From: Lentisphaeria bacterium
GTDB taxonomy: Bacteria > Verrucomicrobiota > Lentisphaeria > Oligosphaerales > Oligosphaeraceae
Assembly: GCA_041670605.1 (NCBI GenBank)
Contig: JBAXYW010000001.1
Coordinates: 1 to 31,912 of the forward strand
Reading direction: 5' to 3'
DNA length: 31,912 nt
The position numbers were made by a program, and so were the translations under genes. Shown here piece after piece: positions 26,634-31,912 of this stretch (positions are counted from its first letter, which is position 1; every line of letters starts with the position of its first letter). Below the pieces are notes generated by a model that did not search any database, had not been told where the DNA came from, and worked only from the letters and a program-made list of their open reading frames with translations.

Positions 26634-28045
26634 AACTGAAAAGTTTAGGGCTGACAAATTTTCGGGGCTTTGATCGGCTGGATATAGATTTTGACGACCG
26701 GATGACTGTGATTGCAGGTGTCAATGGGGTTGGTAAATCAACAATCCTTCAAGCCATCGCAACGGCGTACTCCCACACCTTGCCGGAGTTTACTGTTTCG
26801 CGTGAGAAACCGTTGCCAATTCTTAACACAGACATCCAGCAAGGCAAATCCTCCTGCATCATCCAGATGGAAAGTACCGACTTGTCGGCAGCAAAGTTAA
26901 TCACTTTTCTTTCCAAGGAAAGCCTTAATCACAACGAAAAGCTTTCTCTTGAACACCAACAATCCCTAATGAAAAAGGAATTGCCTCTTCTTGAAAAAGG
27001 GTCGCCCGCTTACAAAAACCTGGATAATGAAATTACCTGGATCGACAAACGACTGGAGGGAAATTTCGAGAGTCGTTTAAACTGGCTATTTACCGATAAG
27101 CATGAATCAGAAGCGCAGCTGAAGCGGCACTGGAAGAACAGCCCAACTCAACCGCTTGTCATTTATTACTCGACAAACCGTTTGCTGTCGAGGTTGCCCC
27201 CAACACTTAAGAGTGAACTACCTTTCAAGCAGGCGGCTGCATTCGCAAAATCCCTGACACAGCTGGAAATATCACTCAACGAGTTCGCTAAATGGCACCG
27301 TGCCATGAATTCGCCTCGCGTAATTAGACAAGACAGTCAAGATGTTTCACGAATCCTGAATTTTCTTCAAGAGGCGATTACTGGCCTCATGCCCCAGATC
27401 AAAGAATTTTGGCTCCATGAGGGCCCCCCTCTTCGCTACTCGGTCATGAAAGACGCGACAATAGATGAGCAGGTGAACAACGGGAAAACAGGAAAGCAGC
27501 TGTTTTTTGAACAATTATCCGACGGAGAGCGTGGCTTGATTGCTCTGGTATTTGACCTTACTCGCCGCCTTGCCATTGCCAACCCGGACAGTGATAACCC
27601 CATTGCCGAAGGCGTGGCGCTGGTGTTGATCGACGAGGTCGAGTTGCACCTTCACCCCAAATGGCAGCGCGATGTACTTCCACGTTTGCGGGATATTTTC
27701 AAGGGCTGCCAGTTTGTTGTTACTACTCATTCGCCTCAGGTTATTGGTGAAGTTGAGGCGAAGTGTGTGCGTTTTTTAGAATACGTTGATGGCAAGGTTA
27801 GTGTCACCATTCCAACAGAAGCTTACGGTATCGATTCGAATCGCATCCTGCAGGAGTTCATGGGGGCTCCGGTGCGCAACCGGCAGGTGGACGGTCAATT
27901 GAAAGCTCTCTTCGATCTAATCGACCAAGAGCGTTTCGACGATGCTCGAGCAGCGATTGCGGATCTCGAAAGCAAGCTAGGTGAAGAGGAACCCGAACTC
28001 ACCCGTGCTAATTCGCTGATCCGCTTTCTGGAGGGGACCGAGTAG
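26630..28045 (+). CDS. ABC/AAA ATPase, PtuA (Septu)-like
   Basis: Walker A GVNGVGKS, LSDGE, LIDEVELHLHPKWQ, TTHSP, and a PtuA-type C-terminus GIDSNRIL...EPELTRA. Confidence 0.9.
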   Translation: MKLKSLGLTNFRGFDRLDIDFDDRMTVIAGVNGVGKSTILQAIATAYSHTLPEFTVSREKPLPILNTDIQQGKSSCIIQMESTDLSAAKLITFLSKESLNHNEKLSLEHQQSLMKKELPLLEKGSPAYKNLDNEITWIDKRLEGNFESRLNWLFTDKHESEAQLKRHWKNSPTQPLVIYYSTNRLLSRLPPTLKSELPFKQAAAFAKSLTQLEISLNEFAKWHRAMNSPRVIRQDSQDVSRILNFLQEAITGLMPQIKEFWLHEGPPLRYSVMKDATIDEQVNNGKTGKQLFFEQLSDGERGLIALVFDLTRRLAIANPDSDNPIAEGVALVLIDEVELHLHPKWQRDVLPRLRDIFKGCQFVVTTHSPQVIGEVEAKCVRFLEYVDGKVSVTIPTEAYGIDSNRILQEFMGAPVRNRQVDGQLKALFDLIDQERFDDARAAIADLESKLGEEEPELTRANSLIRFLEGTE

Positions 28046-28714
28046 ATGCGGACAATCTGTAAGGGCAACGAACCATCCTGTTTGACAAAACATCGGCAGC
28101 AACCACATTCGGATTACGATAACTACACCAATGAGATAGACGCCAATACTGGCAAGAAGATACCGAACACAGGTAAGGATGCCCTGCGACAGGCATTGGT
28201 GATGGAACAACGTGGGTTGTGTTGTTATTGTCAGTCCAGAATCCATCCGAATGAGGATAAAATGAAAATTGAGCACTGGCAGAGTCAGACTGGCTTTCCC
28301 CATCGCCAATTGGATTATAGCAACTTGCTGGGCGCGTGCCTTGGCGGTATAGGTCGCCCTAAGAAAGATCAGCATTGCGATACTCGGAAAGGCGATTCCG
28401 TCCTTTGTTTCAGCGTCAGTGACCCAGCCCACCCCATTGAACGACAAATCAAGTTCTTGGGTGATGGAAGTATTGCTTCTGGGGGTGCTGCGATCAACTC
28501 GGCCTTGAACGATGTGCTCAACCTCAACTCGCCACGCCTCGTGAGTAATCGCAAGGCAGTGCTCGACGCGTTCAAGCAACGACTGGGAAGGGGGAACCTT
28601 AATGCCGCGCAAGAGCTCAGGAAATGGGATGGTTCCCAAGCAGGTGATCTCCCTGAGTTTGCGCAGGTAATGGTGTTCTGGTTGGAAAAACGAATCGTAA
28701 GGCAAGCTCCATGA
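28046..28714 (+). CDS. HNH endonuclease, PtuB/TIGR02646-like
   Basis: LRQAL..EQRGLCCYCQ.RI...KIEHW..Q...LDYSNLLGAC...HCDTRKG. Confidence 0.88.
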   Translation: MRTICKGNEPSCLTKHRQQPHSDYDNYTNEIDANTGKKIPNTGKDALRQALVMEQRGLCCYCQSRIHPNEDKMKIEHWQSQTGFPHRQLDYSNLLGACLGGIGRPKKDQHCDTRKGDSVLCFSVSDPAHPIERQIKFLGDGSIASGGAAINSALNDVLNLNSPRLVSNRKAVLDAFKQRLGRGNLNAAQELRKWDGSQAGDLPEFAQVMVFWLEKRIVRQAP

Positions 28715-31700
28715 AGTCTACCTCCGAAGCAGCCTTCGAAACCGCCATTGAGTCAGCACTATTGGCCGATGGCTATCAACCGCTTCTATCCGGCTACTTC
28801 GACCGCGAGCGGGCCATTTTCCCTGAAGCGGCGCTGGATTTTATCCGCGAAACTCAAGCCAAGACCTGGGAGAAGCTGGAAGCGCTTCACGGTGACGAAA
28901 CCGGCGAACGGGTTTTGCAAGCCTTGTGCAAATGGCTGGATACCCATGGGGTTTTGTCCACCCTGCGCCATGGTTTCAAGTGCTTCGGCAAGACACTGCG
29001 TATCGCTTTTTTCCGCCCGGCGCACAGCCTTAATCCGGAACTGGAGACACGCTATAAAGCTAACCTCTTGGGCCTGACCCGGCAACTGTACTTCAGCCCG
29101 AAAAGTCAAAAATCGCTGGATGTGGTGTTGTCGGTCAACGGTATTCCGGTGGTAACGCTGGAGTTGAAAAACCCACTATCCGGCCAAACGGTGGCCAACG
29201 CCATTCATCAATATCGCCACGACCGCGACCCGCGCGAACTGATCTTTCAGTTTACCAAACGCACACTGGTACATTTTTCGGCGGATACCGAAGAAGCTCA
29301 TATGACAACTCGCTTGGCCGGAACCAGCACGCACTTTCTGCCTTTCAACAGAGGCAACCAGGGCGGCGCGGGCAACGAGCCAGACAAGGAAGGCCGTAAC
29401 TACAAAACAGCGTACTTATGGGAAGAGGTGCTGTCCCGTGACAGTTTGCTCGATCTGCTGGCACGTTTTCTTCATCTAAATATTGAGGAAAAAATGTCGG
29501 AGGATGGCAAAAAAATCCGTAAGGAAAGCATGATCTTTCCTCGCTATCACCAATTGCAAGCCGTGCGGCAAATGGTTAATTCGGCAGTGCGTGAGGGGGT
29601 TGGTCATAACTATTTAGTCGAGCATTCTGCCGGTAGCGGAAAGAGTAACACCATTGCCTGGCTGGCCCATCGATTGTCCAGTTTGCATAGTGCAACGGAC
29701 GAACGCATTTTTGACAGTGTTATCGTCATCACCGACCGGGTGGTACTTGATAGGCAATTGCAAAACACAATTTATCAATTCGATCATCGGCAAGGTGTCG
29801 TGCAAAAAATCGATGAAGATTCCCGGCAATTAGCGGAAGCGCTTGAATCCGCCGTGCCGATTATCATCACCACCTTACAGAAGTTTCCGTTTGTTTCCGG
29901 GCAGCTGGCAAAGTTGAACGAAGAGTGTGGCGAGACCGGTAGCCACTTACCCACACGACACTATGCGGTCATTATCGACGAGGCGCACAGTTCGCAATCC
30001 GGTGAAACTGCCACGGAACTTAAAGGGGTGCTTGGCGGAGCCGAACTGCGCCGTAAGGCTCAGGAACTGGCAAAAGAGGATGGTGAGGGTGAGTTGGAAC
30101 GGCTCTATCGTGCAATGGCTAAGCGCGGCCAGCAAGCCAATATGAGTTTTTTCGCTTTTACCGCTACGCCAAAGCATAAAACCCTGAAAATCTTTGGCCG
30201 AAATGGCGAACCGTTTCATCGTTATACGATGCGCCAAGCGATTGAGGAAGGGTTCATTGAAGATGTGTTGCGCAATTATGTTACCTACAAAACCTACTAT
30301 AAGCTGATCAAAAAAGCGGAAGATGATCCTAATGTAGAGCGCCAAAAAGCAGCCAAGGCGCTGGCTCGGTTCATGCGGCTGCACCCGCACAACATTGGGC
30401 AGAAGACGGAAGTGATCGTTGAACACTTTCAACACTTCACCCGGCACAAGATTGGTGGCCATGCCAAGGCTATGTTGGTAACCGGTTCGCGTCTGGAGGC
30501 AGTGCGTTATAAACAGGAGTTTGATCGTTATATCAAGGAAAAAGGCTATTCCATTAAGAGTTTGGTGGCATTTTCAGGTACTGTCGAAGATGACAAGTGT
30601 CCGGAAAAGACCTATACCGAAGTCGAAATGAACGATGGGCTAAAGGAAAAAGAGTTGCCGGATACCTTCGCGAAGCCGGACTTCCGGGTATTGTTGGTTG
30701 CTGAAAAATATCAGACGGGTTTTGATCAGCCACTGCTGCACACAATGTATGTGGATAAACGGCTTGCCGGTATCCAGGCCGTGCAAACCCTTTCTCGCCT
30801 CAATCGTACTCATCCGTTAAAGGACGATACATTTGTTTTGGATTTCGTTAACGACCCTGCCGAAATACAAGAGGCATTTCGCCAATATTACGAAGGGTCG
30901 GTAATGGGCGAAGACGTCGATCCTGACCGGCTCTATGAGGTAAAAGCAGAGCTTGATGCTTCATCGATTTATCTTCAAGAAGAAGTCGATGCGTTTGCCA
31001 AGGTGTTTTTTGCGCCTAAACGCCGCCAGAGTCCATCCGATCATAAAACGATGAATGCGATTTTGGATCAGGCTGTTGCCCGATTTACCGATTTGCAAAA
31101 ATCTGAAAATGAAGCAGCTGAACTTTGGCGTGGCAAAATTCAGGCATTTAGAAATCTGTATAGTTTTTTAAGCCAGGTCATTCCTTATCAGGACAGTGAC
31201 CTTGAAAAACTATTTACCTATTTACGTCATCTGGCGTTGAAGTTGCCGAAGCGAAAAACTGGAGCCGGTTACCAATTCGATGAAGAAATCGACCTGGAAT
31301 ACTATCGCTTACAAAAGATTAGTGAAGGATCTATTAGCCTCAATGAAGGGTATGCCAAACCGCTCGCTGGTCCACGAGAAGTTGGATCAGGCATGGTCAG
31401 AGAGGAACAGGTTTCGCTTTCCAGGCTTATTGATATTATCAACCAGCGCTTCGGCGGCGATTTAAACGAGGCCGATCAGTTGTTTTTCGACCAGATTACC
31501 GAGGCTGCCAGCCAGAATGAATCGTTGCGAAAAGCAGCTGAAGTGAATTCGCTGGATAAATTTCAGCTGGTATTCCGACAAGTGCTTGAGTCCTTATTTA
31601 TCGAGCGAATAGAACTGAACGAGGACTTGTTTACCGATTACATGAGTAAGCCGGATTTACGGGAGCTTGTCTCCAAATGGCTAGGAAGCCAGGTTTATGA

Positions 31701-31722
31701 AAGACTGTCTCAGTCGAAATAA
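28711..31722 (+). CDS. hsdR: Type I restriction endonuclease subunit R
   Basis: LDVVL.VNGIP...LELKN, FLPFN.G, PRYHQL, HSAGSGKSNTI, DEAHSSQ, FTATP, QTLSRLNR. Confidence 0.95.
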   Translation: MKSTSEAAFETAIESALLADGYQPLLSGYFDRERAIFPEAALDFIRETQAKTWEKLEALHGDETGERVLQALCKWLDTHGVLSTLRHGFKCFGKTLRIAFFRPAHSLNPELETRYKANLLGLTRQLYFSPKSQKSLDVVLSVNGIPVVTLELKNPLSGQTVANAIHQYRHDRDPRELIFQFTKRTLVHFSADTEEAHMTTRLAGTSTHFLPFNRGNQGGAGNEPDKEGRNYKTAYLWEEVLSRDSLLDLLARFLHLNIEEKMSEDGKKIRKESMIFPRYHQLQAVRQMVNSAVREGVGHNYLVEHSAGSGKSNTIAWLAHRLSSLHSATDERIFDSVIVITDRVVLDRQLQNTIYQFDHRQGVVQKIDEDSRQLAEALESAVPIIITTLQKFPFVSGQLAKLNEECGETGSHLPTRHYAVIIDEAHSSQSGETATELKGVLGGAELRRKAQELAKEDGEGELERLYRAMAKRGQQANMSFFAFTATPKHKTLKIFGRNGEPFHRYTMRQAIEEGFIEDVLRNYVTYKTYYKLIKKAEDDPNVERQKAAKALARFMRLHPHNIGQKTEVIVEHFQHFTRHKIGGHAKAMLVTGSRLEAVRYKQEFDRYIKEKGYSIKSLVAFSGTVEDDKCPEKTYTEVEMNDGLKEKELPDTFAKPDFRVLLVAEKYQTGFDQPLLHTMYVDKRLAGIQAVQTLSRLNRTHPLKDDTFVLDFVNDPAEIQEAFRQYYEGSVMGEDVDPDRLYEVKAELDASSIYLQEEVDAFAKVFFAPKRRQSPSDHKTMNAILDQAVARFTDLQKSENEAAELWRGKIQAFRNLYSFLSQVIPYQDSDLEKLFTYLRHLALKLPKRKTGAGYQFDEEIDLEYYRLQKISEGSISLNEGYAKPLAGPREVGSGMVREEQVSLSRLIDIINQRFGGDLNEADQLFFDQITEAASQNESLRKAAEVNSLDKFQLVFRQVLESLFIERIELNEDLFTDYMSKPDLRELVSKWLGSQVYERLSQSK

Positions 31723-31800
31723 ACCAGGCTAGGACAACAGCGAACCTTTACGGATTCAAATTTGAGACCAAGGCTCAATGCCAATCATTCTCAGAAAATA

Positions 31801-31844
31801 TAACCCATTGATTAAGCGTAGTTATTGAGGAATTTTGGTATAAT
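31801..31844 (+). promoter_or_regulatory. IHF consensus site plus extended -10 promoter for the next gene (beyond the window)
   Basis: Reverse complement of 31801-31813 = AATCAA-TGGG-TTA, a perfect WATCAANNNNTTR match. TGgTATAAT at 31836-31844. GCTGCACG/CGTGCAGC inverted repeat at 31846-31887. Confidence 0.45.
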
Positions 31845-31912
31845 TGCTGCACGAAAAACATGCCATTAGCCTCAAAAACCGTGCAGCCATGATTCGAACC
31901 ACGAGCTCAAAA

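Noticed and set aside
26630-28714. Retron system suggested by the TIGR02646-like HNH and PtuA-like ATPase
   Set aside because: No reverse transcriptase (no YADD-type motif) in the window and no intergenic space for msr/msd.

Overview
The window is a mobile defence island. At the far left is the end of an IS1595-family insertion sequence (IR ending at 118, transposase start at 38, minus strand) that has truncated a putative regulator gene. Next come a divergent small HTH gene and a Cas-less Tn7-like transposition operon: tnsA, tnsB, tnsC/tniB, a short tniQ and a long tniQ/tnsD-like gene with tandem HTH motifs. A histidine phosphatase and a hypothetical gene follow directly. The cargo or adjacent DNA is almost all defence-type genes: an AlbA_2/Schlafen-ATPase-wHTH gene; a type I R-M operon (hsdR-hsdM-hsdS) with a C-terminally extended HsdS followed by an ABC-ATPase + HNH pair; a HipA-like kinase + HIRAN pair; an Abi_2 (AbiD/F) HEPN gene with a structured 3' element; and a second type I R-M operon (hsdM, half-size hsdS, ABC ATPase, HNH, hsdR) with a Septu-like pair in the PrrC slot. 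Notable non-coding features are a five-copy 20-bp repeat array with a possible transposon terminus (22085-22250), a TTGGCTCA array before hsdR1, two candidate antisense small-RNA cassettes, and tandem NrdR-like boxes upstream of hsdM2. No CRISPR array, cas gene, reverse transcriptase, tRNA or rRNA was seen. All family calls come from motifs read by eye; no database searches were run.
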